Shown here: piece by piece, positions 1 through 9,910 of the stretch
Layout of the letters: each line of letters starts with the position of its first letter
Position numbering within the stretch: position 1 is the stretch's first letter
From: a virus
Strand: one strand, 5' to 3'
IMG/VR virus record: IMGVR_UViG_3300032315_000747
Location: 1 to 64,000 of that record
Length of the DNA stretch: 64,000 nucleotides
The notes under the pieces: generated by a model
The model's database searches: none
Told to the model about the DNA's origin: nothing
The model's input: only the letters and a program-made list of their open reading frames with translations
Translations under genes and position numbers: made by a program

Positions 1-7
1 AAGCTAA

Positions 8-436
8 GTGCGTAACCTCATCAACCTCTTAGAAGCAGTTCAAAAAGGTTGTCCTCGTGCCACCCATGATATCAATTTAAATCTTAAGAATCGTCAAACT
101 GCGATTGACGAATACTTGTACGGCCCTGCTAATCCAAACAAGCCCGGCTCATACTGGAAAGATTTAAGCAAAGTATTTAAAGTAGACGAACCTACTGCTA
201 AGTCAATGATGTGCGGAAATTGTGCAGCATTTGATGTTAGTGATAGTATGCGTGACTGCATTGCGACTGGCATCAAAGGTGATGAAGACAACATTGATCC
301 TAATGCTACTATCAATTTAAGTGATCTGGGTTACTGTAACTTCTTACACTTCAAGTGTGCAGGCAGTCGTAGTTGCAAGGCTTGGGTAACAGGCGGACCA
401 ATCACTGAAAAAGATAAGAACAAGAAGGCCGACTAA
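8..436 (+). CDS. Cys-rich hypothetical phage protein with capsid-targeting-like leader
   Basis: GTG start right after a TAA; N-terminus MRNLINLLE; CGNC...C...GYC...HFKC...C motif. Confidence 0.75.
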   Translation: MRNLINLLEAVQKGCPRATHDINLNLKNRQTAIDEYLYGPANPNKPGSYWKDLSKVFKVDEPTAKSMMCGNCAAFDVSDSMRDCIATGIKGDEDNIDPNATINLSDLGYCNFLHFKCAGSRSCKAWVTGGPITEKDKNKKAD

Positions 437-2026
437 ATGACTAGTGACGAATTCGGTGACATTGAACAGCTTGACGAGAATCTACGTAAGTGGTTCAAAG
501 AGAAGTGGGTTCGTTTTGGTCCTGACGGCAAGATTCGTGGTGCTTGTGCAAGAGGTGATGACAGTGAAGGTAAGCCTAAATGTCTCCCGCAGAAGAAAGC
601 ACAGAATTTAGGTAAGAAGGGTCGTAAGTATGCTGCTAGTAAGAAGCGCAGAGAAGATCCAAACCCAGAACGTAGAGGCCAGGCTAAAAATGTAGCTACT
701 AAGAAAAAGACAAACGAAGATATTCAATTAAACGAAAAGTGGAGTCAATCATACAAAGATAGTATCAATTGCTCTAATCCAAAAGGCTTTAGTCAAAAAG
801 CACACTGTGCCGGAAAGAAAAAGAACGAAGACATGATGAATCAAGATATTCCATTCAACGAATGCCCAAACTGTCGTGGACCTATTGTGCATGAATCAAT
901 GATTAATGAAAAGCAGGATGCTTGCTATCATAAAGTTAAAGCACGATACAAAGTATGGCCAAGTGCGTATGCATCAGGTGCGTTAGTTCAATGCCGTAAG
1001 AAGGGCGCAAGTAATTGGGGAAATAAGAGCAAAAATAATGAAAGCGCCATATTGCAGGGCATCATGCTATCTGAAAGTGAGTTAGTTTCGGTGATCTATG
1101 TTAACGACAAGCCAACTGTCAAGTATGTTGATCCCAAAGATGCGGAAAACGCTGTCAACCTGATGAAGAAAAAGTATCCAAAAAAGACCTACGAGATCAA
1201 GAAGCAAGAATTGCGAGAAGCCTCAGAAAAATGGCACAACCGTATGACGTTTGACCAGTTAGTTCAATACATCGTGGATTATATAGGTCCAAACCCTAGC
1301 AACTCTATGATTCTCGATGCAATAAAAGCCGAAGCAGAAAACGCAGGGGTTGACATCAAAAAGCTGTTTGATGCCGTATATGATCGAGTTAGACCACACG
1401 TACAAGAAGATTATAATAGAACACTCGCGACAGAGCAGGTTATAAAGATTAATACGGATGGGTGTTCAAGAGATCGTCAGTTTAACGGGCCAATCAGCGA
1501 AATAAGCGATACGCAGACAACTGCTAATCAAACAGGCGGATTCATCACACCGGAACACGATGACGCTTATGCAAGATTAAAGATAGTATCACCGAGACTA
1601 CTCGATTATATTCGATATGGCGCAGCCGTTCCACTTGATCCAATTCTTACTTTGAAGGCGCTTCGCCAGATGCAGGGAAATGAGGAAGAGGTATTACGAG
1701 TACTGAAACAAGGAATGGCAAAAGATACTGAAAAAATGTATGACAAAAATCACCCTAATGCAATGGCTGAAAGCGTGAATCGCTTCTGGAAGAAAATTCT
1801 AACTGAGATGCCAGATACATCAGGTCCGGTCGGTGTTCAACCAGGTGGAAGAAGAACGTATCGTCCTAAGCCAGCCGGTGAGATCGAAGAAGACACTGCA
1901 TACGCAGGTGGTATGGGACAAGGTGGTAACGCCGGACAATCTTATCGTAAGTTCAAGCCAAAGCGTGCAGGAGTCGTTAAGAAAGAGAGTTCCATCATAA
2001 AGGGCCTCAGCAACGAAGGTAGATAG
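437..2026 (+). CDS. Modular virion-associated polyprotein-like protein
   Basis: Small basic Cys-containing modules (LRKWFKEKWV, KWSQSYKDSINCSNPKGFSQKAHC, DACYHKVKARYKVWPSAYASGALVQCRK), each preceded by LDE/LNE/INE. Confidence 0.75.
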   Translation: MTSDEFGDIEQLDENLRKWFKEKWVRFGPDGKIRGACARGDDSEGKPKCLPQKKAQNLGKKGRKYAASKKRREDPNPERRGQAKNVATKKKTNEDIQLNEKWSQSYKDSINCSNPKGFSQKAHCAGKKKNEDMMNQDIPFNECPNCRGPIVHESMINEKQDACYHKVKARYKVWPSAYASGALVQCRKKGASNWGNKSKNNESAILQGIMLSESELVSVIYVNDKPTVKYVDPKDAENAVNLMKKKYPKKTYEIKKQELREASEKWHNRMTFDQLVQYIVDYIGPNPSNSMILDAIKAEAENAGVDIKKLFDAVYDRVRPHVQEDYNRTLATEQVIKINTDGCSRDRQFNGPISEISDTQTTANQTGGFITPEHDDAYARLKIVSPRLLDYIRYGAAVPLDPILTLKALRQMQGNEEEVLRVLKQGMAKDTEKMYDKNHPNAMAESVNRFWKKILTEMPDTSGPVGVQPGGRRTYRPKPAGEIEEDTAYAGGMGQGGNAGQSYRKFKPKRAGVVKKESSIIKGLSNEGR

Positions 2027-2027
2027 G

Positions 2028-3242
2028 ATGACCTTCAATGATATTAGCACTTTTATTGATAAAATCAAGATGTTGGAATCTACGGATGCCATCTTGGAAG
2101 AATCAACAGAGCCTGACATTTGCATACATCCCTTAGTGCTTGCGATGCGCGAGCTTCAATCGGAGGGTATTGTCGAGTCGTATCACACTGACAGACTTGT
2201 ATTAGTTGAATCTATTGATGAGCTAGAAGAACTTGAAGAAGCGAGCCCGGATACATTAGAAGGTAGCTTTACCCCAGACTTAGTTGAGAGCAAGACTTGG
2301 TTATGCAAGATGTTAGCAAAAGGTCTTAAAGGTAAAAATGCAGGAACTATATATGCATTAGGTAGTTGGTATGGAAACATTGGCATCTTCTTAGAACAAG
2401 CTGGGGTACAGTTTGATAAACTTGTACTTGTTGAGCCAGACGAAGAAGCATTGATGCGTAGCAAAGAATTACTTGATACATTAAATGATGAAGGTAAGTT
2501 AATACTCATTCATCAAAAAGCAGAAGATGTTGTTTATGAAAAGCCAGGCGTTGTTATTAATACTAGTTGCAATGAAACAGGTCCGGTATTCTTAACTAAG
2601 CTTCCCTATAATATGCTATGCTTATTACAGGCAAGAAATAATGTAGACGATGTGATGATTAGTACAGAGGATTTACAAGAATTCGATGAACTGTTTCCCC
2701 TAGGAAAAACTTATTACAACGGACAAAAAGATTTAACCGATCCTGAAACAGAGTATACTCGTTTTATGAAGATCGGTAGAGCAGGAAAAGCATTGTCTGA
2801 GACTGCTAGTACCGGACAGGGTGGTGGCTCTGCTGGTAGCAGCGGCGGGCAGATGGTAGGTGGCCCTACTACCTACGAACAAGAATATGACATGTTCAAG
2901 AGTAAGGGCCCTCGTAGAATCACTGCGATGACTAATGAGTCGTCGTCAACAAGGCTCAAAGACCTATGCACAGTAAAGACTAACTTCCCTGATGCTGACT
3001 TTTGGCTGCAACGCAATGGTAGTGAATCTACAGTTGGCACGCCAACTAAAACCTTTTCACCAGACAATATCGGAATCAAAGTCACTGCTACTGATGTACT
3101 AGATCCTACATATCTATACTATATGATGATGCATATTCATAATACTGGTTACTGGAAGCCAAGAGCAACCGGTGCGTTAAGACTAGTTCACATCAAAGCA
3201 AGTGATGTCGCTAACATACCGATTGGTAATAACTCGGTATAA
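2028..3242 (+). CDS. Multi-module protein: SAM-methyltransferase-like domain plus C-terminal HsdS/TRD-like module
   Basis: Rossmann-like ALGSWYG...LVEPD...VINTSC segment; Gly/Ser linker; C-terminal RLKDLC...LDPTYLYY...I module reminiscent of type I R-M specificity domains. Confidence 0.55.
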   Translation: MTFNDISTFIDKIKMLESTDAILEESTEPDICIHPLVLAMRELQSEGIVESYHTDRLVLVESIDELEELEEASPDTLEGSFTPDLVESKTWLCKMLAKGLKGKNAGTIYALGSWYGNIGIFLEQAGVQFDKLVLVEPDEEALMRSKELLDTLNDEGKLILIHQKAEDVVYEKPGVVINTSCNETGPVFLTKLPYNMLCLLQARNNVDDVMISTEDLQEFDELFPLGKTYYNGQKDLTDPETEYTRFMKIGRAGKALSETASTGQGGGSAGSSGGQMVGGPTTYEQEYDMFKSKGPRRITAMTNESSSTRLKDLCTVKTNFPDADFWLQRNGSESTVGTPTKTFSPDNIGIKVTATDVLDPTYLYYMMMHIHNTGYWKPRATGALRLVHIKASDVANIPIGNNSV

Positions 3243-3244
3243 GA

Positions 3245-3382
3245 ATGTCACATTTAGAAGAAATAAACAAGGGCTATTTTGAGCATCTATATCGTGCATG
3301 GAAGATTGCATTTGTTTTAATGGTTCACGGCGTGTTTCCTGATGTTTGGAAAACTAAAGCTAGCGAACTTCTTCGTAAATGA
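3245..3382 (+). CDS. Small hydrophobic protein, DUF6356-like (45 aa, below ORF-track cutoff)
   Basis: Manual translation MSHLEEINKGYFEHLYRAWKIAFVLMVHGVFPDVWKTKASELLRK; HL..YFEH..A..HG.FP pattern. Confidence 0.55.
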   Translation: MSHLEEINKGYFEHLYRAWKIAFVLMVHGVFPDVWKTKASELLRK

Positions 3383-3407
3383 ATAAATAGTCTATAGGAT
3401 AATAAAC

Positions 3408-3851
3408 ATGCTTACGGAAACACTCAAGACACTTTTAGCTACTACATACGCTTTGGCAATCAAGGCGCAGAATTTTCACTGGAATGTAGAGGGCCCAAAT
3501 TTCCCTCAATATCACAAGTTCTTCGATAAATATTATGAAGAAGTATATGAAAATACTATTGACAAATTAGCAGAAATCATTCGCCAACAAGACAGTTATA
3601 CTCCTGGCAGTATTCTTCGCTATGCCGAGTTGAGTCAGATCCAAGATCAAACAAAGATTCCTCGTGCAATGCTTATGATGGAAGAACTATATCAAGACAA
3701 TGCTATTATTCTAGATATGTATAAACAAGCGTTTCATGTTGCTGAGGAGGCGGACGAGCAAGGAATCTGCGATTTCATCGCAGGTCGCATTGACGCACAT
3801 GCTAAACATCAATGGATGTTGAGAAGCATCCTAAAGACTACAAGGGCATAA
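3408..3851 (+). CDS. dps: Dps family DNA-binding ferritin-like protein
   Basis: NFHWNVEGPNFPQYHKFF, DKLAE ferroxidase residues and C-terminal KHQWML; ATAAATA upstream. Confidence 0.92.
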   Translation: MLTETLKTLLATTYALAIKAQNFHWNVEGPNFPQYHKFFDKYYEEVYENTIDKLAEIIRQQDSYTPGSILRYAELSQIQDQTKIPRAMLMMEELYQDNAIILDMYKQAFHVAEEADEQGICDFIAGRIDAHAKHQWMLRSILKTTRA

Positions 3852-3853
3852 CA

Positions 3854-4873
3854 ATGAGAAGCACAGAACTATTTAAAGAAAACATCAAAATCCTTAAGCC
3901 GAGAGTGACACACAGAGTTGCTGCGAACGATCCTGCCCGTGAAGCACTCCATCGTACTATGACTAGTCTACTTGAGGAAATTCTAGATGAAGACTCAACT
4001 ATCACTTCAGCCGTTCGTAGAAGTCCATACGCTGATGCACTCGTTAGGTACGTACACAAAGAGTTAGCTATGTCGCACGATCTTCAATGGAGAGAAGAAC
4101 AAAAAATAACCTGGGCAGACATCAAGAGTAGATCACCTAACTATGTACTCATTCAAGGTAAAGATGGTACCGGTGCGATAAAGTGGGATGGTTCTCAGTG
4201 GGTAGTTGTGCTATCTAGTAAAGAGGGCATAACAACATTTCGTGACGGTAGTATTAATGTCTTATTTAGGCAAATCAAAGAAACTATCGGCCAAATCAGA
4301 AACTACTGGTCTGCTATTGGTGCCGGTCAGACAAGCTGGGGCCGCGGGGCATCTTCTCATTCAACGGGACCTGTAGACAGATTACGCGCGGACCGTGCCG
4401 TCGCCAGAAAAATTACGAAACCAAACACATTAGACCCAAACGCACCCCCGTCACAGAATACGCAAGCAGTATTGTATAAATTACGTCCTCTCTACCTAAA
4501 ATATATAGATAAAGCAATCGCTGACATTAAAGGTGTCACTGGTACGGCATTAAAGAACGATTCTTACCAGAAAGTAAAACAGAAGTTAGAGATCCTAAAT
4601 AATTTACAAAACATAAAACAAGAATTAATCAGCAATCCAAAAGATGTCCCCGCTAAAATAAAAGAAAGATTACAACCCGCATTGTATCTGACAGCAAGTC
4701 ATTTTTATCCAGATGAAACAGGTAATTTTACTTTAGGTCTCGACAGATATGGCAGAGGAGCACCACAAAATCAAGCGGGTGTGCGAAGAGTGATTAATGA
4801 TATCGCAAACGGCGATCAACAGAAACTGACAACTCTCATGAATTACCTAAAACAATCGTTGCTGCACCCATAA
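3854..4873 (+). CDS. Hypothetical protein with capsid-targeting-like leader
   Basis: Probable start ATG 3854 (MRSTELFKE), just after the dps stop. Confidence 0.7.
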   Translation: MRSTELFKENIKILKPRVTHRVAANDPAREALHRTMTSLLEEILDEDSTITSAVRRSPYADALVRYVHKELAMSHDLQWREEQKITWADIKSRSPNYVLIQGKDGTGAIKWDGSQWVVVLSSKEGITTFRDGSINVLFRQIKETIGQIRNYWSAIGAGQTSWGRGASSHSTGPVDRLRADRAVARKITKPNTLDPNAPPSQNTQAVLYKLRPLYLKYIDKAIADIKGVTGTALKNDSYQKVKQKLEILNNLQNIKQELISNPKDVPAKIKERLQPALYLTASHFYPDETGNFTLGLDRYGRGAPQNQAGVRRVINDIANGDQQKLTTLMNYLKQSLLHP

Positions 4874-4884
4874 GAAGGCTAGAC

Positions 4885-5895
4885 ATGAAACAATTATCAA
4901 GAACTAAATTATCAGAAGCCAATCCAGCAGAGAAGATTCTCAAAGATCCTAAGATGGCAAAAATGCTAGCAATTGCTGTTAAGCATGATCATACCATTCC
5001 TGGACCTAAGCTAGCAAGATTGGGACCTAAAGCAAGCGACGAAGATATAGTTAAGATGTGGAGTGAATTGATTGATAGAACTCTATCAAACACTAACTAC
5101 GGCGACTTATCAAGAGATGGTAAATTTGATAGTTGGCTAACAAAGTTGTACATCAATCACAATAACGACTATGAAGACATCAACGGCGAAGGCGGCGACG
5201 CATTAGGTGCTTGGAAAGCATTGAGTGTTCGCAACTTACTTGATCCTGCAGATCAAGACTTCAATCGTTTTGCATCTATTGCACAACTACAAAATGTAGT
5301 TCGCAAAGAAAAGTATCGTGCAGCATTAAGAAAAATTGCCGATGCTGAAAAGTTGGCATCTATGAAGAAAGATTCTAAACAAATCGTTCTTATTGATGAT
5401 GACAGGTATTATGTTATCGTTCCGTTGAACTATGGTTCTTGCTATATCTTCAATAATGCAGAAGGTGCTCAAGGACAGTTCTGCACAGGAAGCAGCAGCG
5501 GTTTAACTTGGTTCGAACGTTATTCAAGAGATGGCCCCATCATTAGTATCGTTGATAAAAAGAATATGGATGATAAAAACGGCAAGTGGCAGATGCACAG
5601 CGGAACTCGTCAGTTAAAGAATGCTACACAAGATTATAACGTGGGCGAAGACCAATTCGCTGATTTGTTTCCTGGCTTGATGAAGAAAATCGCTGATGCA
5701 CTATCGTCACGTTCAGAAGAATTAAAGAATGCATCTGACCAAATGGGTATCGCGCGCGGCGGTTGGAATATCCCTGCAGAAATTGACAGAATCAAGAGAC
5801 TGTATCCAACAGCATACAACTCTACTCCGGAAAATACTGCTAGTCAAGAAGAGATGAATCATCTATTTGGACGTCCTGATCAAGCACAGCGATGA
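4885..5895 (+). CDS. PcfJ-like domain protein (paralog of 6459..7805)
   Basis: YVIVPLNYGSC...FCT...WFERY...I...KWQMH motif shared with 6459..7805. Confidence 0.6.
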   Translation: MKQLSRTKLSEANPAEKILKDPKMAKMLAIAVKHDHTIPGPKLARLGPKASDEDIVKMWSELIDRTLSNTNYGDLSRDGKFDSWLTKLYINHNNDYEDINGEGGDALGAWKALSVRNLLDPADQDFNRFASIAQLQNVVRKEKYRAALRKIADAEKLASMKKDSKQIVLIDDDRYYVIVPLNYGSCYIFNNAEGAQGQFCTGSSSGLTWFERYSRDGPIISIVDKKNMDDKNGKWQMHSGTRQLKNATQDYNVGEDQFADLFPGLMKKIADALSSRSEELKNASDQMGIARGGWNIPAEIDRIKRLYPTAYNSTPENTASQEEMNHLFGRPDQAQR

Positions 5896-6446
5896 GAGCG
5901 TTTGAATTTATAACTGAGGGCATGACATTTAATCCAGTCGTAGAAAAAGAATTCAGCGATGGTGAAAAATACTGGACTGGTTCTGACTGGGAGCGCAAGG
6001 TGACGATAGATTGCCGAGATTGTGATGGTACTGGAAAAGACAGGGAACACCCATGTTTTTACTGTAAGGGAACAGGAAAAGAAGAAGATATTATGTCAGA
6101 TGCTCCGGAACTTCAGGTAAGCAATGCCAATGGTAAAATCATTCAACAGATGTTGGGATTAGACCCAGACTATTCGGGAGTCATATATAATAAAGATTTA
6201 CCCAATGTGATGCGAAGGTTAATTCTTTTAAAGAATAAAGACACACAACAATACACCGTAGACCCTAAACAAGAACGACGTTCTGTCCAGAAATGGACAG
6301 ACGATCAAGGAATCACCCACATCAGCCGCGGCGCATCAATGTATGATATGGGTACTAGTCAAGCTCAGATTGATAGATACATAGACCGTCTTATTGAAAT
6401 TATTCAATTCGCACAAAAAAACAATACAAGCGTGGGCTGGGGTTAA
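5892..6446 (+). CDS. Hypothetical protein with DnaJ-type CxxCxGxG zinc finger and MRAFEFITE leader
   Basis: CRDCDGTG and CFYCKGTG repeats; ATGA overlap with the upstream gene. Confidence 0.75.
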   Translation: MRAFEFITEGMTFNPVVEKEFSDGEKYWTGSDWERKVTIDCRDCDGTGKDREHPCFYCKGTGKEEDIMSDAPELQVSNANGKIIQQMLGLDPDYSGVIYNKDLPNVMRRLILLKNKDTQQYTVDPKQERRSVQKWTDDQGITHISRGASMYDMGTSQAQIDRYIDRLIEIIQFAQKNNTSVGWG

Positions 6447-6458
6447 AAAGTATACATT

Positions 6459-7805
6459 ATGCGAGCCCGTGAATTCCTATTTGAGTATGATCGTAAGAAA
6501 ACTGCTCAGACGATCTCTGGGGGTGAGAAAGCCGAGAAGGCCCTCATCGCCGATCGCGGTCAATCTGTGGGTCCGCTTGATCAAGTGAGAAGTAGTCTGA
6601 TCAGTCTTCAGATGGATAGACCCGTAACCATTCCAGGTGCTCAACCTGCCTTCACTCCGCCTTCTGATTACCGACCAAAGTCGGGACCCCTCATCAAAGA
6701 TCCAACAGTCAGACAGAGATTCCTAGAAGACTTGCTGAGTGTGATTGAAACAAAAGATCCTACTCCAAATAAACAATATACCCCATGGTTAGCGAGAATG
6801 TATATCAACGGCGGTGTCAAGTTAGAGGACTTGAATCGTGGTAATATATTGGGAATCTATGACATTGGTAAAAGAAGAAGAATGATCAAGCCAGAAGATT
6901 CTGATGTAAATCGTTTCAAGACGTATAGAGATTTTGAAACCAAAATGCGTGAGAACTATGATCTGGATGCCATAGATAACACCGAGACAAAAGTACAAGA
7001 AAAAGGTCAAGCATCTAAAGTCTTTGAAAACGGTGATGTTCTTGTCGTTGTTCCGCATGATGAAGCCGCCGCCTGCCGATACGGTGCCGAGACACACTGG
7101 TGCACTGCTGCTAGTAAAGGCGATAATTATTTTGATCAGTACAATCGTCAAGGTAAACTGTATATTCTTATTCCAAAGAAGCCGAAGCATGATAAAGAGA
7201 AATACCAACTGCACTTCCCTACAGGTCAATTCATGGACGAGGATGATTCTAACGTATCCCTAGATTATTTATTTACTAAAAGATTTCCAAAATTGCTTGA
7301 ATTCTTTTCTAAGAATGAACCCGAGATCAAAGATAGCATGTTATTCACACCTGACGAAATATTACAAAAGTATATCAATCAGATTGCAGAGATTGCCAAA
7401 GATCATATGTGGGATGTGATATCTGAATGGGAACACCAGGACAGCAATTACTACGAACAAATGCAAGAAGAATATGCTGACGAGGACGGCGAGATTGATT
7501 GGGATAAAGTTCATCGTGGTGGTGATGACTATATAAATTGGAACGACGAGGCTCGCAGATTTAGTATTGATATGCAAGAAGCAATCCGACCTTCGGCAGA
7601 AGAAATAAAAGATTTATTGGGTAAAGACACCGAAATGGAGACCCTCGATCCAATCAATACCTTACCGTATGCCATTGCGAGAAAAATAGAGCAAGAATTC
7701 CGAGGGACCGACGCCGGAATAGCGGATTTCGTTAGGAGAAATATCGACGTGAAAAAAGACGGTGATAAGTGGGTAGCCCGTCGGACAATGGCATCAAGAA
7801 GATGA
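6459..7805 (+). CDS. PcfJ-like domain protein with MRAREFLFE leader
   Basis: DPTPNKQYTPWL; VVVPHDEAAACRYG..THWCTA...YFDQY...LYI...KYQLH. Confidence 0.65.
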   Translation: MRAREFLFEYDRKKTAQTISGGEKAEKALIADRGQSVGPLDQVRSSLISLQMDRPVTIPGAQPAFTPPSDYRPKSGPLIKDPTVRQRFLEDLLSVIETKDPTPNKQYTPWLARMYINGGVKLEDLNRGNILGIYDIGKRRRMIKPEDSDVNRFKTYRDFETKMRENYDLDAIDNTETKVQEKGQASKVFENGDVLVVVPHDEAAACRYGAETHWCTAASKGDNYFDQYNRQGKLYILIPKKPKHDKEKYQLHFPTGQFMDEDDSNVSLDYLFTKRFPKLLEFFSKNEPEIKDSMLFTPDEILQKYINQIAEIAKDHMWDVISEWEHQDSNYYEQMQEEYADEDGEIDWDKVHRGGDDYINWNDEARRFSIDMQEAIRPSAEEIKDLLGKDTEMETLDPINTLPYAIARKIEQEFRGTDAGIADFVRRNIDVKKDGDKWVARRTMASRR

Positions 7806-8722
7806 GAGCGTTTGAATTCATATATGAAGAAGTAGGTAGAATGCTTGATCTCACCAAGAACTATCCGCATTATTCCATCCTTAAAGGTAAGATACTTGAC
7901 ATCTCGCCTAAAGGAAAGTACAAGATACAAATCGTTGATGCTGAGATAATTCCTGGTAAGAAAGCATCAGTAAAAGTCGGCGATACAGTCGTTATCGGGG
8001 CAAACTTTCTCAAGCAAGCACTGAAAGAGTCAGAGTTAGACGAAGGTTGGAAGGGCGCGGCAAAGGGGCTTGCGGCTGCCGGTGCTCTCGCTTTAGCTGG
8101 CCACACTTTTCTTCCTGACCCTGGGAAACCTGTTCCTGCTTCTAGTACTCGACCAGTCAGCAAACAACTACCAAAAGTTGGCTCAGAAATCACGCGACAA
8201 GTTGATGCACTTATCAATAATCCAACAGCAAAGGCACTTAGGAGAGAAGCTGCTATTGCCGGTATTGAGGGCGCAGAGTTAGCACAACTTATCGCACAAT
8301 GCGCCCATGAAACTCAAAACTTTACTTCACTAAAAGAGTTTGGCGGGCCTACTTATTTTAGAAGATATGACATACAATACAATCCACAGAAAGCTAAGAT
8401 GCTCGGGAATACTGAACCAGGTGACGGCTCCCGCTATCGTGGTCGCGGATACATTCAATTGACCGGTCGTTACAATTATAGGAAAGCAGGCGAAGCATTA
8501 GGTCTTCCATTAGAAGAGTATCCTGAACTGTTAGAACGTCCTGACATCGCAGCTAAAGCAACACTATGGTATTGGCAGACTAGAGTACAACCCAAAGTTA
8601 GTAATTTTAAAGATACTCGTGAAGTCACTAAACCAATCAATTCAGGCTTGAGGGGATTATCTGATAGAGAAGAGAAATTTAATGCCATCATGCAATTTTA
8701 TAATCAACCTGTGTCTGGATAA
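7802..8722 (+). CDS. Glycoside hydrolase family 19 (chitinase-like) peptidoglycan hydrolase with leader and N-terminal extra module
   Basis: AQCAHET, LGN...GDG.RYRGRGYIQLTGRYNY and INSGLRGL.DR GH19 motifs; start ATG 7802 MRAFEFIYE. Confidence 0.88.
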   Translation: MRAFEFIYEEVGRMLDLTKNYPHYSILKGKILDISPKGKYKIQIVDAEIIPGKKASVKVGDTVVIGANFLKQALKESELDEGWKGAAKGLAAAGALALAGHTFLPDPGKPVPASSTRPVSKQLPKVGSEITRQVDALINNPTAKALRREAAIAGIEGAELAQLIAQCAHETQNFTSLKEFGGPTYFRRYDIQYNPQKAKMLGNTEPGDGSRYRGRGYIQLTGRYNYRKAGEALGLPLEEYPELLERPDIAAKATLWYWQTRVQPKVSNFKDTREVTKPINSGLRGLSDREEKFNAIMQFYNQPVSG

Positions 8723-8725
8723 ACA

Positions 8726-9205
8726 ATGAGAGCGCACGAATTTTTAACAGAACATCAAATGGACAACGTAGATGGTTGGGGCGCGACCCCGAACAACCAA
8801 AACGTCAATTACATGGGACTGCGTGTCAGTATGCGTCCATCAGTTTTCCTCGAGCTTGCCGCACCCCTGACAGAACCAACTAGTTCAAAAGCTATCTTGC
8901 AACATCTAGAACAAGGTGGAAAACTTGCTGCTCCGTTTCTATTGATAGACATACCTGAAGAATGGGAAGACGGTGATCTTTCTCGTCCTGCTAGAGTTTC
9001 GGGACACGAAGGTAGAAACCGAATGATCGCCTTACAAGATTTCGAAGGCACGCAAACTCAAGAAGTGCATATCTTCCCTAGACAATATCGCAATCGTCAC
9101 ATGACTCCAGAATGGATAGAAAAATTGAACAGCCAGTTATATCCAGAGAGAAGTGCTGAACCTATCTCAGGACCTTTTTGGCGAGAATTGATAAAAAAGG
9201 CTTGA
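8726..9205 (+). CDS. ParB/Srx-like protein with MRAHEFLTE leader
   Basis: P-hydrophobic strand followed by GHEGRNRMIAL, resembling the ParB-N GxxR motif. Confidence 0.55.
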   Translation: MRAHEFLTEHQMDNVDGWGATPNNQNVNYMGLRVSMRPSVFLELAAPLTEPTSSKAILQHLEQGGKLAAPFLLIDIPEEWEDGDLSRPARVSGHEGRNRMIALQDFEGTQTQEVHIFPRQYRNRHMTPEWIEKLNSQLYPERSAEPISGPFWRELIKKA

Positions 9206-9240
9206 CTTCGGGTACCCATTTTGCTATATTGAATCATAGA
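9202..9240 (+). promoter_or_regulatory. Sigma70-like early promoter cassette (repeat copy)
   Basis: TTGACT-17 nt-TATATT; 38 of 39 nt identical to 48168..48206. Confidence 0.8.
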
Positions 9241-9261
9241 CAGACGCAACGGGAATACAAT

Positions 9262-9423
9262 ATGAATAAGCATCTTCAGGTCGGTATCGGTGGCGTCAAC
9301 TGCAACTGTTGCTTTCCTGCTCCCGGTTCTAATCACCGCAAGCTGCGTATCCGCAAAGCAAAGCGTGATGAGGCTAAGGCTGCTTGGAAGATCGAGGCTA
9401 TCAATAAAAATAATGACGTGTAG
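9262..9423 (+). CDS. Small basic Cys-containing protein
   Basis: GGGA RBS then ATG 9262, MNKHLQVGIGGVNCNCCFP; lies downstream of the early promoter. Confidence 0.65.
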   Translation: MNKHLQVGIGGVNCNCCFPAPGSNHRKLRIRKAKRDEAKAAWKIEAINKNNDV

Positions 9424-9520
9424 GTAACGAAATCAGTTGACTTCGGAAATGAAGTTTGCTATAGTAAATTTACTAAGAGCATTTCGCTTCACTTTGATAA
9501 ATAATATAAAGGAATACGAC

Positions 9521-9853
9521 ATGAAGATCAACGAATTGCTTAACGAATCGGCTCACGACGATTGGGATAAAGAAGAAGAAGAAGCTCCCGATCCTGATCA
9601 GGACAAGATTCCTCATCTTGTCATGCAACTTAAGAAAGCAATTGACCTTAAGAACTATCCGATCACGTTTAAGGACGGGAACAAATCTATAATTCCTCGG
9701 AGGAGCATTCTGCAATTCATGAATCGGTACAACGACATGAAGCCGATGGATCGTGAAAAAATGCAAGAACTGGCTTCACAGAGCCTCGAAAAGTTCAACG
9801 AAGTTCTTGATACTTTCTCAGCACCTCCTGCACCGAAAAGCATTTATCGCTAA
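9521..9853 (+). CDS. Hypothetical protein with MKINELLNE leader
   Basis: ATAAATA at 9497, AAGGA RBS, ATG 9521. Confidence 0.75.
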   Translation: MKINELLNESAHDDWDKEEEEAPDPDQDKIPHLVMQLKKAIDLKNYPITFKDGNKSIIPRRSILQFMNRYNDMKPMDREKMQELASQSLEKFNEVLDTFSAPPAPKSIYR

Positions 9854-9880
9854 ATCTGTTCATATTCCCGTCGACTACAG

Positions 9881-9910
9881 AGTGTCTCAGTGAAAACTGA
9901 GGCACTTTTT
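9881..9910 (+). terminator. Intrinsic terminator
   Basis: AGTGTCTCAG-tgaaaa-CTGAGGCACT followed by a T run. Confidence 0.75.
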
